Of a DNA stretch of 64,000 nt, positions 42,967 to 56,830 are shown in pieces. Within the stretch, counting starts at the first letter, position 1, and each line of letters begins with the position of its first letter. The notes under the pieces were generated by a model. That model saw only the letters and a list, made by a program, of their open reading frames with translations, was not told the DNA's origin and searched no databases. Made by a program: the position numbers and the translations under genes. The stretch is taken from assembly GCF_009914755.1 (NCBI RefSeq), contig NC_060933.1; one strand, given 5' to 3'. This DNA comes from the human T2T-CHM13v2.0 reference genome, Homo sapiens.

Positions 42967-43477
42967 TTGCACATAGTAGCTACCCAGCAAATGCTGACTT
43001 CTTTTCTTTCTAGTCTTAACACTCCCTTTCTATCATTTTCCACTCTTGTACTTGTTCTCAACATTTACTTGGTAGTGACATACCTTTCCTGCAGGGCCTG
43101 CCCATTGTTGACAGACAAGTAGTTTATTGTGGCTTATCTTCGGATACTGGGTTATTAGGTTTTTTTCCCTCCAATTATTTTTTATTCATTCATTCATTCC
43201 TAATATAGCCATTATGAGTTAGGTATAGTTCTAGGCATTATTTATAATCTTGACAGTAAACTTAAGAGATGTGTATTATCTTCATTTACAAATAGGAAAA
43301 CTAAGTCTTGACAGTATTAGGTAATTTGCCCAAAGTAACAAAGCAAAGCTGATCAGTGGTAGAAGGTTTTCATGATTCATTGTCAGCGTCATTTACATAG
43401 AGGTGAAGTTTCTTGTGCAGGGTTACACACCTAGCAAGTAGCAGAGCTGGCATTCAAATTGAGGCCTGATGTGCTAA

Positions 43478-43962
43478 TGTAAAAGGAAAAAAACAAACTT
43501 TTTTTCCTTTTGTACTTTCACACTCAACATGGAACACTTCTGTGACAAGGTGTGTGAGTTTGTTTCCCCCACACACCAAGCAATTCTCCAGCAGACACCA
43601 ACTGGGTATCCTATAATTCAATTCATTTCTGACATTACCTGGAAATAGTGTCAGATCCCACAGGTTGAGGGCTCCATCTCCCAAGACTGCCAACACTTTT
43701 GATGCCAGTCATGAGTCTGGGCCACCCATACTCCTGACTGACCAACTACAAACTAGAGTCCTTGATTTCCTTTGGTTCAGTTAATTTCCTAGGACAGCTC
43801 ACACAACTCAGGGAAACACGTTCACTGGTTTATTATAAAAGATACAGCTGAACAGCCCAATGAAGGAGGTACACAGGGCAAGGTTGAGGGAGAGGGAGAG
43901 GGTGTGGAGCTTCCATGCCTTCTCTGGGCTCACACTCTCTCAGCACCTCACCAATCTGGAAG
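43478..43962. mobile_element. MER21-family LTR
   Basis: cacacaccaagcaattctccagcagacaccaactggg...attcaattc...tcagatcccacaggttgagggctc signature. Confidence 0.75.
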
Positions 43963-45157
43963 GAACCACTGTGTCCTGCTGCCTTCATTAGCATTTAGTG
44001 AGCACCAATTGTTTGTCAGGTGCTGAACTATGTACTGGCAATACAAAAATGGGAAAGATATGACCCCTGTTTTGGGGGGGTACATAGTGCACTGAACTAA
44101 ATTGCTGTCTATAATAATCTATTGGGTGGAAAAGTAGGAAGTTCATTCCAGTTCTGCAAGGTGTCTGCTTTCAGAATGGAGCCCACTTTGGTGGTGGCAA
44201 GGCCTGGCTGAGTTCTTTCAAAGCAACATCCAACTTCTCTTTGCTCTTTGACTTCCTCCAGATTCTCTCCTGTGCTGGAGGTAATAAGGGTTGCACTTCC
44301 CTCTTTACTTACACTGGTGAAACATGCAGTGAGGATTCAAGGTCAAAATTGGGTCAAAGTTAAACTAACACAGTCTCCTGCCCCACTTACCTGTCCTCTA
44401 ACCCCATCCACCAGCCCTAAGTGGTCATCACATGATCAGAAGTCAGCTGGGGGAAGAGCAGGGATAGATAGAGCAATTAAGGAGCCTCTTTTGGGGTAAG
44501 CCACATGACAGGGGCTTTGCAACAGTCTTTCATGAGTGGCCGAAATCCCCCACTCACTGCAAATGTGCTTCTCAAAGATGCAGGATTTTTTAATAAACAG
44601 AGGAAATGATAAATTATGTTGTAATTCCACTCCAAAGGCATTTGGTTCTTAACAGCCAAATCCTCTGTAGTCTTTAAATAAACAAAAACTTATTTGGTGA
44701 ACAGACAGGGAGGAAAATGAAAGATTTTCTGTACTTGGGTTCCACATGTCAACAATTTCTCTCCTGTGTGTATGTTGGCCAAAGCTGTATCATGATAAAT
44801 GAATAAAGGAAAACCTCGAGCCCAGGGCAGTCAGACAGCTCAGCAAATGGCTTTCAGATGATTACTCAATTTCAGTTGACATTTATCAAAGAGTTTCTCT
44901 GTGACTCTGTGTCAGGGCTGTAGTGGTGACAGGGACAAGAATGAGACTACCTGTTTGGATGTGCTGAGAATGAGTAATGCTGGAGCAATTCATTCTCCAT
45001 CTCTTCTCTCCTACAGCCTCTCTCAAAAAGAAACACTGGGTATGGAAATTCTCACACTTGCCAGAAGAATTAACCACCTCTTCTATTCAGTTTAATGACT
45101 TTCAAAGTCCTATGAAATATTCAGGCCAGAGAGAATTTGAGAATTTTTTTCCTGTCT

Positions 45158-45158
<1 letters not shown>

Positions 45159-45191
<33 letters not shown>

Positions 45192-45326
45192 GGAAATTAC
45201 AAAATAAGTTGGAATGCAGAAAGTTAAAAAAAAAATCTCACCAGGCCCTACTCCTTTAAAATTAGGTATATATCTTTCCAGACCTCCTTTCTCTGTGCAT
45301 ATATGTGTGTGTGTGTGTGTGTGTGT
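45159..45326. repeat. Two (TG)n microsatellites (about 45159-45190 and 45304-45326)
   Basis: Directly visible TG runs. Confidence 0.93.
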
Positions 45327-45334
45327 TCGTTTCA

Positions 45335-45919
45335 TTTTGTTTTGCCTTTGAGACAGTGTCTCACTCTGTCGCCCATCATGCAGTGGCACAATCATAGCTC
45401 ACTGCAGCCTTGAACTCTTTGGCTCATGCAATTCTCCCACCTCAGCCTCCTGAGTAGCTGGGACTGCAGCTATGCACCACCACACCTGGCTTTTTTTTTT
45501 TTTGCTTTGTTTCCTAGGCTGGTCTCAAACACCTGGCCTCAAGCGGTCCTTCTGCCTCAGCCTCCCAAAGCGCTGGGATTACAAGTGTGAGCCACTCTGC
45601 CTGGCCATATATAATTTTTTTTTTTTTTTTTTTTGCAATGGAGTCTTGCTCTGTCGCCCACGCTGGAGTGCATTGGCGCAATCTCGGCTCACTGCAACCT
45701 CTGCCTCCCTGGTTCAAGCAGTTTTCCCTGCTTCAGCCTCCTGAGTAGCTGGGATTACAGGCGCCCGCCACCACACCCAGCTAATTTTTTATTTTTTTTT
45801 AGTAGAGATGGGGTTTCACCATGTTGGCCAGGCTGGTCTTGAACTCCTGACTCAGGTGATCCACCTGTCTCAGCCTCCCAAATTGCTGGGATTACAGGCA
45901 TGAACCACTGCGCCCGGCC
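45335..45919 (-). mobile_element. Two tandem antisense Alus (AluJ about 45335-45606, AluS about 45614-45919)
   Basis: Two Alu bodies; TSD atataattttt around the second. Confidence 0.9.
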
Positions 45920-47444
45920 ATATAATTTTTTAGAAGGAGAGAGGGGAACTATTCATATTCTGATGTTTGCTTTTTTTTCTTACCCTGTAACAATCATGGT
46001 CATCTGTCCATGTGTGTACATAATAGATACAATTTATTATTTCATTGTGATACAGTATTCCATAATATGGGTCTACCATAACTTAATTCACTATTAGCCC
46101 ATGACACTATTTAAAAATTATTTCACATGCATTGGAGAATGTTTAAAGATGATTTTTTTTTTTAAGAAAAAAGAAAGGCCCCTATTCTAAGATTATCTGA
46201 TAAGGTCTGCTCTTTCTCCTTCAACCTCAGGCTAACATTTATTGAATGCCTACAGTCGGCCAGGTTCCATGCTAGACCCTTTACACGTGTTCCCACATTG
46301 AAACTTCTGATGAATCCTTGTTAATGTAGGTGTTATGATTATCTGTGTTTTTCTGTGAAAAAAACAGGTTCAGAAAGGATATTTAACTTGCCCAAGGTCA
46401 CACAGGTAGTAAGTGCTAGAATGAAATTTCAAACCCACATCTGACCTTGAAGTAGGTCCTTAATCAGTGTGCTTTGGTTCCCAAGTCTTCGCTGAACACT
46501 TACTCAAAAGGGACCTCGCGCTGTTCTGGACCTGGACGGTGATGTGAGAGAAGCAGAAGTCTTGCTTTCATAAAACACATAGCAAGCTGTTCCTAATTAA
46601 TGACTGCAAGTAAAATAGCATAGTACCTGGCACATTGTAAACACCAAAGAAATGGTAGCTCTTATGGAGACAGTAAAGATTACATATTAATCCCCCACCT
46701 GTTTGGCCAACTTCTCTAGAATATGTCAGAGAGCAAGCAAAATGTTCACCAAGCAGTGAATAATGATAATAATAACAACAATAACAGTATTGACAGATCA
46801 GTAACTAATATTTGCTTGGTGCTTTTTAGTTTTCAAACTGCTTCTACATTCTTTGTTGCATTGAAACCACTCAGTGAAACTTTGCGGTTAGACAAAGAGT
46901 GATCATAAAAGCTTGTATCCTCAAAAGCCACTTTGAGGCTTTCTTTTGCCCTAATAGACGGTCATTTTTCATGATGTGCATTTGAAATGATATGTTCCCT
47001 ATTTTGGGGGTACAAATTTTGATATGTATGCAGGAAATGTAGCTTATAGAGTATGTTGTTTAGGTTTTCCATTATTTTTTGACCCTTTGATGAGTCTTGG
47101 ACTGAAAGTGGTGTGTTTCAGACCCCTGCTATTAACATTTCTGTTCCTTCTTGCATTTTCTGCTTTATGAAAATGGATTCTGCTTTGTGAAAGTACTGCT
47201 GTGTTGTTTTATACATAGCGCTCCAGACGCTTACATCTTCTTTATTTCATTCAGTGCTCTTAGTCTGAATTTTATCTTGTTGTATATCAGGATTACAGCT
47301 CTTGCTTGCTTTTTGTTTACATTTGCTTTCCCCATTTCTTGATTTTTAAGCTTTCAGAATCACTATTTTAGGTGTTTCTTTTTTTTTTTGGAATTGGGTT
47401 TTGTTCGATGAACCATTCTGAAACTCCTTTTTTCTTATTTTTAT

Positions 47445-48100
47445 TTTTAATTGTAAAATATACATAAAATTTACTCTCTTAACCATGTTTTTTTTTTAGA
47501 CAGGGTCTTGCTCTGTCACTCAGGCTGGATTTCAGTGGCATGATCTCAGCTCACTGTAGCCTTGACAACCTGGGCTGAAGCAATCCTCCCACCTCAGCCT
47601 CCTGAGTAGCTGGGATTACAGCCACGTGCACCGCCACACCTGGCTAACTTTTAAAATTATTTGTAGAGACAAGGTCTTGGCTATGTTGCCCAGGCTGATC
47701 TCAAACTCCTGAGCTCAGGTGATTCTCCTACCTTGGCCTCCCAAAGTGCTGGGATTACAGGCTTGAGCTTCTGTGCCCAGCCTTAACCATTTTAAGTGTA
47801 CAGTTCAGTAGCATTTAGTACATTTACATTGTTGTACAACCATCCTCCAGAACTCTTTACCATGCAGAACTGACGCTCTATACCCATTACACAACCCCAG
47901 TTCCCCCTTCTCAGCCCCCAGCAACCACCATTTATGAATTTATAAATTTGATTAGGAACATCATGTTAAGTGGAATCATACAGGATTTGTCTTTTTGTGA
48001 CTAGTTTATTTCACTGAAGCATGATGTCCTTAAAGTATATCCATATTGTAGCATGTATCAGAATTTCCTTTCTAAGGCTGAGTAATCTGTTGTATATATG
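47445..48100 (-). mobile_element. Old L1 3' end, antisense, with an antisense AluJ inserted at about 47488-47782
   Basis: L1 sequence resumes after the ttaaccat TSD (tttaagtgtacagttcagtagcatt). Confidence 0.82.
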
Positions 48101-50041
48101 AATAAGTATATATAAAGCTCCTTTTAACAGACACTTAAATTCATTTACATTTATTTATAATAGTGATATGTTTAGTAGAACCCATTTACTTTTTCTTTAT
48201 TTTCAGTATTAACATAAGTGATTTGGTGTTTTAGCCCTAAGCAGATAAAGGATTAGAGATTAGAATGAGGAAGAGGGTTGCTTCACATAGACGAAGTTCA
48301 GTTTTTGTGGAATAAACAAATAAGTGATTATCTCTGTCTGCCTCTTTGTCTCTCTCTCTCTCTCTTTTTTTTTTAATAAGAGATGAGGGGTCTCCCTATG
48401 TTGCCCAGGCTGGACTTGAACTCCTGGGTTCAAGTGATCCTGGAACTGCAGATATGCACAGCTGTGCCCGAAGATCCCTTTCTCTTACATTCCTTTCTTC
48501 TGGTCTGTGTTTCAGTCCATCCTACGCTGTTAAGTTAGAACAACCTGAAACAGCTTTTATCATGTCACTCTTCTCTCAGAAACCTTCATTGGTTCCCTGT
48601 TGCCTGCTGAATTATGTAAACTCTTCACCCTGGCATTCAGTAACTTCTGCAATCTGGGCCTGATGTATTCCTTTAATTGTGATGCATCTCTTACAACTAC
48701 CCTGATACCACCAGTGCTTAAGCGAAACGGAATTATTAGCTTTTCTGAAAGCTAATAATTTTGTGCTGCTTTCTCTCACCTTCAAGCCTTTTCTTAGGCT
48801 ATTTTCTTTGCCTAGTGTATGCTCCCTTAAACCACTTCCCCACCAGCAGGCAAAACTTACCTAGTCTTATAAGCCCTTCTTGGTCCCATGTTCTTCCTTA
48901 CACTAACTCATTCATTCATTATCCATCCCGATGCTTCTCCTGATTCATTCATTCATTATCCATACCGATGCCTCTCCTGATCCCTAAACCTGCCTATGCC
49001 TATTAAGCGCTTGGATTTGCCTCAAGCATCTGACGTTCAGCTACCCACCTGCGTTTCCTCTCTCAGGAAAAGCCTCACCATCCACCCAGGTGCCAAGCCA
49101 GGACACTGGGAGCCACTTTTGCCTCCCTGTCCCTCTCCCCTCATCCAATAAGTCACCAAGTCCTGTCAATTCTCCCTTCAACAGACCTTTCCTTTCCTTC
49201 CTGGGCACACCCTTGAGTGGTGCTCACCAGGGAACAGATGTGGCAAATGTTCCAGGCTGGCCTCACCCGGGTCTCTAGACACTTGGCTCAGAGGCAGAAC
49301 ATGGCTAACCCTAGATAAGCCTTGTGTGAATTCCTGGCAAGAAAGTCCCCTGCTGTCTTAGTCTGTGCATTCTCTGACTAGCACAGTATGTGGCGAGAGC
49401 AGGTGTTGAGGAAATGTTTGTCTAATTCTAAGGGGCCTGCCAGGCCTTGATACAAATGGCGTCACATTTACATGAATAACCCAGAGTTTCTCTAATTATC
49501 CTCACCTGCCTGCCCAGGACCTTCAACCTCATCTGCTAAGTCGGCCTCAGGCGTTTCTAGACATCTTAAGGGACCGCATGGCATCCAAGGCCACTGGCAT
49601 CTACTGTACTCCCCTCCCACCGGCGCTTCCCTTTGCTAGCATCTGCAGCCACAAGTGACACTTAAGGGAGATTTACCTCCACTACTGGGAGTGTTAGTGT
49701 CTGTGACAAAAGTGCTGGTTGCTGGGCTGAGGGGGTCTGAGCATGCTGGGTGGAAGCCCTGAAGAGGAAGGGAGAAGGTCTCTGCCCACATCCCACATTT
49801 GCCGTGCATCCCTGAGTTCCAAAGCAGCCTCGCTAGGCTCTAGAGCCCCTAAATCTCCAAAGACAGCAGCTCCTCCGCGAGCTAGCTGCCCCTGACCGAG
49901 GCTCACAGCTTGCCTAGGGGAGGGCAGGGCAAAAGTCCCTGCTATTCTCTTCCTTTCCTGGCTCAGGCCTTGATCCAAATAGCTCCCTTCTTCCAAGACA
50001 CTACTCCCCAGGCCTCCTCTTCCTGATAATAATAGTGGCTA

Positions 50042-50503
<462 letters not shown>

Positions 50504-51154
50504 TTATTTTCACTAAGAGACCAGTGGGGCTGGAAAGGGACTTGTGAGGTGCTAAGTAGCCAGTGAGAGCTTCTGGGTCCTGTCGCAGTTTTGCCCTTTC
50601 TTCCCTCAAAAAAAGGTCTCTCCACTTCTCTGTGGGAAAGGCTTGGGCAAGTTCTCTGGTTTCCAATGAGGCCAGAGAACCTGTGCTGATCCCTAACATC
50701 TTCACCCATCGGGGGCAAAATAAGTAAAATAAAAGTAATGTAGCAAATGTTTTTATAAAAGTGTTAATTTAAATTAACGGACTATTACCTATTCTTAGAG
50801 CTTTCTCTTTTGTTTTTGGCATTAAAATATCCTTTCTATTATAAAATGATAAGTTGGTGATTCTTTAGAAATCCTTATTTAGAAAAAATAATTGGTCACA
50901 TTCTGTGGGTTCCTTTCATTCTGTTTTTTAACTTCACAGATGTATGAATCCCAAAGTCTCGGAGCTATGGGACCTCACGCCTACTCCTAGTTCTGATGTC
51001 CCCGAGGCTGTCATCCAAGGGAAGCTGGAGCTGTAACTAGGGAGAGAAGCAAGGGAGGGAGGTGGTTTGACCTGTGTGGGTGTCGGGGACTCCTGGGTGA
51101 GTGAGCAGTGGCAGTGAGGCAGGGGTTGGAAACAGGACAATAGTCAATCAGAAG

Positions 51155-51560
51155 GGTTGAGAGACCCACAAGGGAGGAGGGACAGGTTGGGGGAGGTGAG
51201 TCAGAGAGAGGAGAGAGACAGAGACGGGAGATACAGGGACAGAGGGAGGGAGATAGAGGCAGAATCAGAGACAAAAATAGGAACACACACGCATGCACAC
51301 ATACAAACACAGAGATCAGCACATGGAGACAAAGACACAGAGAGACACCCAGGAAGAGAGATGGAGACAGTCCCAGAGACAGAAAACAGACAGGGACAGT
51401 GAGAGTCAGAGACAGTATCATCTGTAGAGATACTCCAAAAGAGATACCCACTAAGACAGAGACTGAGATAGAGACAGACACAGAGGAGGACAGAGAAGTA
51501 CACACAGAGAAGGCAACAGAAACCAGGAAAAGAAACAGTTTAGAAAGAAGGGAGGGGAGG
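51155..51560. repeat. GA-rich low-complexity tract (degenerate GAGACA units)
   Basis: Strong purine skew with repeated gagacag/agagac. Confidence 0.85.
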
Positions 51561-52580
51561 GGGTTTTCTACTTGTTCGAATCCCACCCCTCCCTCCGTCT
51601 CTATGCAGGGGAGCTGTTTTCTTCTTCCTTCTTTCTTGCCTGTTAAACTTTTTGCTCCTTAAAACAAAAACAAAAAGAAAGAAGGGAGGGGAGCAGAGAG
51701 GAGAAGACAGACACACATATAGGTGGAGACGGAGTGAGGCAGCTGGAGATGTAGGGGAGAGGGAGGGTGAGCCAGGCCTGGTGGCTTTGGGCAGCCCCAG
51801 GTTCTGGCACAGGGCGTGGGTAGAGGAAGTGTCGCATCAGCCCTGCCGGGGCTGCAGGGACTAGATAAGGATGCCTGCCAAAGGAAAGCAGGGGAAGGAA
51901 AGACGTTTACAAATCCCCATAGGGGCAAAGCCAGGGAGGCTGCCCCAGGCCCAGAGAACAATGGGTACTTGACTTCAGTGGGTCATTAATGAGACAATTA
52001 ATGGAAAGAGTAACATAGGCCTCCCTGAGGAGGACTTGGAAAGTGGTTAAGTGGAATTATTGAGGACTTGTGGTGGCTCTGAGTGGGGGGCCTTTTCCCC
52101 CACAACCCAGATGTCCAGTGTGCCAACTGCACCTCCCCTGCTCCTCCAAATATGCCCGGTGCTCCCTCCACCCTGGACCCCTGCTTTTCTATCCCTATGC
52201 ATTTGCTTCTGCCACATTCTCTACCTGGAATGTCTTCCCCTTATTACATCCATCCATGGAAACCCACCCTTCAGAGGGTAAGTAAACGTGATACATCCAT
52301 ACGGTGCAGTGGTCAGCCAGGGCCATATGTTTCAACAAGAATAGGGCCCTCAACACATGATGGGCAGTGGAAGAAGCAAGCAGAGTCCTATTACAGCATG
52401 ATGCTATTTATACGAACTGGAATTACACAGACACAAAGCAATTCCTTTAAAAACGATGCCTACTTTGCATTATAAAATGTTTTAAAAGGGCAGGGGGGAT
52501 TGTGAGGGATACTGGCTAAATTCCTAACGGTGATTGACACTGGGGAGTGGGGGGAAGATTTAAAGTATACCCTGAAGTCA

Positions 52581-52583
<3 letters not shown>

Positions 52584-52620
<37 letters not shown>
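52584..52620. repeat. (GT)n microsatellite
   Basis: About 18 GT units. Confidence 0.95.
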
Positions 52621-52623
<3 letters not shown>

Positions 52624-53380
52624 GATATGTACATGAAAACTTGACATAATGTTAATTTGGAGCTGTGAAAATAGGTGTGGTTGTTAACCTCGTTTTCTGT
52701 TTTTATTTCCCCTGTACTTTTAATTTTTTTTTTTCCAGAGAGAGAGATTCTAGCTATCCTCCACACCCACCCCAAATACCTCCGACTGCAGGAAGTCTTC
52801 CAGGAATGCATCCACCAATCAGACACGGTCTCCCTTTTCCCCTTGTACCAAACTCTCAGGGCTCTTAAGCACTTTCCCCCTCGCGGTTCCCCTTGTGATG
52901 TTCATGGACTGTCTTCCCCATTGAATGGGAGGCCCTCAAGGGCAGGGACTTCCAGTACAGAGGTATCTGAGACTGAGCCTAGGTCTTCCACCCTGTTACT
53001 GCAGGAGGCAAACCAGGAAGGTGCTGACCATTTCTCGGTTCCAACACCCACAATCCACTACGATGTGGGGAGGTGGGAGGGTGGAGCTCCTGAAATTCAA
53101 AGCACGGCTTCTAGAATGAGGATCTACCTCTAGTGGGGAGCTGCTATTCAAAAATGTTCAGGGAGGAAGGAGGAAGTCTTGTTTGCTGTGGCCAAGGAAT
53201 CGCTTTGTTGCTTGTTAGCTGGTTGGTTGTGGCCACATTGCTAACAAGGCCTCTAGCTAGCAGCGTTCCCCAACCCATCCTAGTGGGCTAGAGATGCATT
53301 TAACCCCTTCCACCCAAAGCTACAGATTAAAAAATAGACCCAAATTCCAGCACCCCCCAGCGAATCCCAGCTGCTGGTTA

Positions 53381-53943
<563 letters not shown>

Positions 53944-54930
53944 CTAATTCTCCAGCCCCCAGTGAATCCCAGTTGCTGGTTAAAATGGAGCCATTGTAGA
54001 GAAGGAAGGAGAAAGGACATCAGTCCCAGCCCACCCATCCAGGCAGCCACTACTCATGGAGCATTTACGCGATGCTTGGCCCCTAAGCCACATTATCTAA
54101 CTTCATTCCCACAACAGCCCTTTGGGCTTAGATTTTTAGCAAACGGGCTCAGAAAGGCTAAGTGCCTTGCTAAAGTCACAGATGCAGTGAGTGTTGGAAC
54201 TGGGACTCCCATCTGACCTGTTAGGAGGTGGATGTGTCTTGGGTCTGCTATAGCTCTTCCCACTTCTAGACAGCTCCATGTTTTACAAGTGGGATACTGA
54301 AGCACAGAGAGGGGAAGAACTCATCCACTGACGACACAGTCAGTGAATAGCAGAGCTGGGACTTGAACCCAGATTTCCTGATTTCCTCCCTGCTCCTTTG
54401 GCTGCCCAGTGGAGTCTAACAGACTGCAGGTCAGACCGCACTTTGGGATTTTTAAGCTGCCGGGGTTTGAGATGTCTTTAAGCCTTCATGGGGCAAAAAA
54501 TTGCAGGGTTTGGGGAGCAGAGAAGGGTCTTAGAGATAATCTAGTTTGGCGCCCTCTTTGTAGTGATGAGGAATTTAAGGCCTAAACAGGGCAAATGACT
54601 CACAAGAACACTTTGATGTCAGAAAGTCCATGCCAAAATAAGCAGCCTCATGATCCACAGAGTCCGTTGGAGTCTCAGAACTGACTGACTACAGCTTTAG
54701 AACCTGTGTTAATAATAGGTAACTTGGTATCAAAACCCAGAGCAGATTGGAAACTATAAATTACAATGTGGAGAAGGGCAGCTTTCACACAGAGATGTCT
54801 GTTGAATGAGGAATACACAAATGAATGAATGAATGAATGGACTGCCAGGCTGATTTCTGGCTTCTACCTCACTTCCCTTCCTCTCCTCTATCTCTTGCCG
54901 TCAGATTAATAACCTTAAAACACAGCCTAG

Positions 54931-55256
<326 letters not shown>

Positions 55257-56379
55257 CTATAACATCCTGCTCAAAAACATTCAGTGGCTCCCCCTTACCT
55301 GGATGACTGAATAGCCTCCTAACCAGTCTCTCTGTTCTTCATGCCTGGCCCTCTGATCCGTTTTCTCCAGAGGGTAAATTCTTCAAACGCAAATCAGGCC
55401 ACTAGCCTTCAGAGGCTCCCTATGACCTCCAGGAAAAAATCCAAAATTCTTAACCCAAGGTCTTAACTGCAAGGCTTGACCATCTCTCTAACCCCATCTC
55501 ACCCCAGCCTCTCCTTGCTCTGGCGTCTCTCAGCTCCCCACCGGTGGCTGTCACTTCAGGGACTTTGCACGTGGTGTTCCCTCTGCCTGGGACATTCCAG
55601 GCCCTACTGGCCTTGCTAACTTCTATATGTCCTTTAGCTCTCAACCCAATGTCACTCCCTCCGGGCAGCCTTCCCTGACCTCCCCAGATTGGGTTTAGCA
55701 GCTCTGAGAGCCTCTGGTCTGCCCCCAGCACCGCACTATCCCATCTGATTATATGTAACGACTTTCACATCTGTCTCCTGCCCCACCTGTGAGCTCTGAG
55801 AAGGCAAGAACTGTCTCATTCACACTGCACGCTCAGTCCCCAGGATGAAGCCTGACACACACTGTACACTCAACAAGTATTTGCTGAATGCACAAATAAA
55901 TACATGTGGCTTCCTAGTGAAACTGATGTAGCCATTCAACAAATATTTAAGCATCTTGGTAGATACTTGTTGAGCACCTACTAAGTGCCAGGCATGGTTC
56001 TCCACACTCCACAGGGTAAACAAACCATCACAAAGTCCCTGCCTTTGTGGAGCTCACGGTCTACTTGGGAGAGGCAGGCATTAAATCCATAGAGAAATAA
56101 CTTAGTGCCAGGCATAGCTGAGTGCTGTGAAGGAAAACAAAGCAGGAGTTAAAGAATTGGGAGGGTGGTGGTGAGGGGGTGGGGGTTGTCAGTTTAGATG
56201 GGGCAGTCAGGGAATGCCTCACAGAGGAGGTGACATTTCAGTGATGAGCGAGGGCTTCTGCGAGACACAGACCCTCCCCTGCCTGGGGCTGTCTGGGCCA
56301 CAGGTGTGTCCAGGTATGGCAGGCCCAGGTCCCCAAACTCTTCCTGCCTCTCGGTTGGAGCAAGGAACCCAGAAGAGGC

Positions 56380-56830
56380 CTTAGGTGAGGCTTTTGAGGC
56401 CGGTGCAGAAGCCTCAAGCTGCTCTTCACAACAGCTGTGATTGGGCTCTTTCTGCATGGCGAGAGGCAGAGATTGCTTTGTGCGCCGAGGGCTCGGCTGA
56501 TTGTGGTGGGTGCCGGGCGATTGGCACCCACAGACCGCGGCCGCCAGGGTTTACCACGCACCCCCAGCACCGCGGCGGGCCGTGCGCAACGCGCCAGCCC
56601 AATCTCGCCTCCTATATTCAGAGTTGATTAGACGCTATTTCTGCCTGGATTTTCAGAAGGCTCAAGAGCTTTTTTAATCACTACAGTGGCTCATTACGGT
56701 TTTGCAGTGACACTCATGTCCTTCAGTTCTCTTCTCAGATTAGATTCTATAGTCAGATGAATATTGGATGATTTCATTACATACAAATGCAATCAACAGT
56801 TTTGCATAAATTTCTTCTCTTTTCTTGAGT
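56380..56830. promoter_or_regulatory. Candidate enhancer/promoter-like element: small CpG-rich patch with three CCAAT boxes next to AT-rich homeodomain/POU-like motifs
   Basis: CpG cluster about 56480-56610; ATTGG at 56440 and 56520, CCAAT at 56599; taatca, cattac and tgcataaat downstream; no recognisable repeat. Confidence 0.55.

Larger units (their letters stand above)
42145..42990 (+). other. MRRF: MRRF 3' UTR (proximal part; longer isoforms possible)
   Basis: Follows the stop codon; repeat-poor; AATAAA at 42568, 42579 and 42961; end coordinate inferred from the last of these. Confidence 0.7.

Noticed and set aside
44262-44280. 19-nt microexon-like AG...GTAATA segment
   Set aside because: Lies downstream of the MRRF stop codon with no partner exon visible; such motifs occur by chance
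51011-51586. 191-aa minus-strand ORF, the longest in the track
   Set aside because: Translation of the (GAGACA)n low-complexity tract (S/L/V/C rich); stop-poor by composition; no domain or splice context
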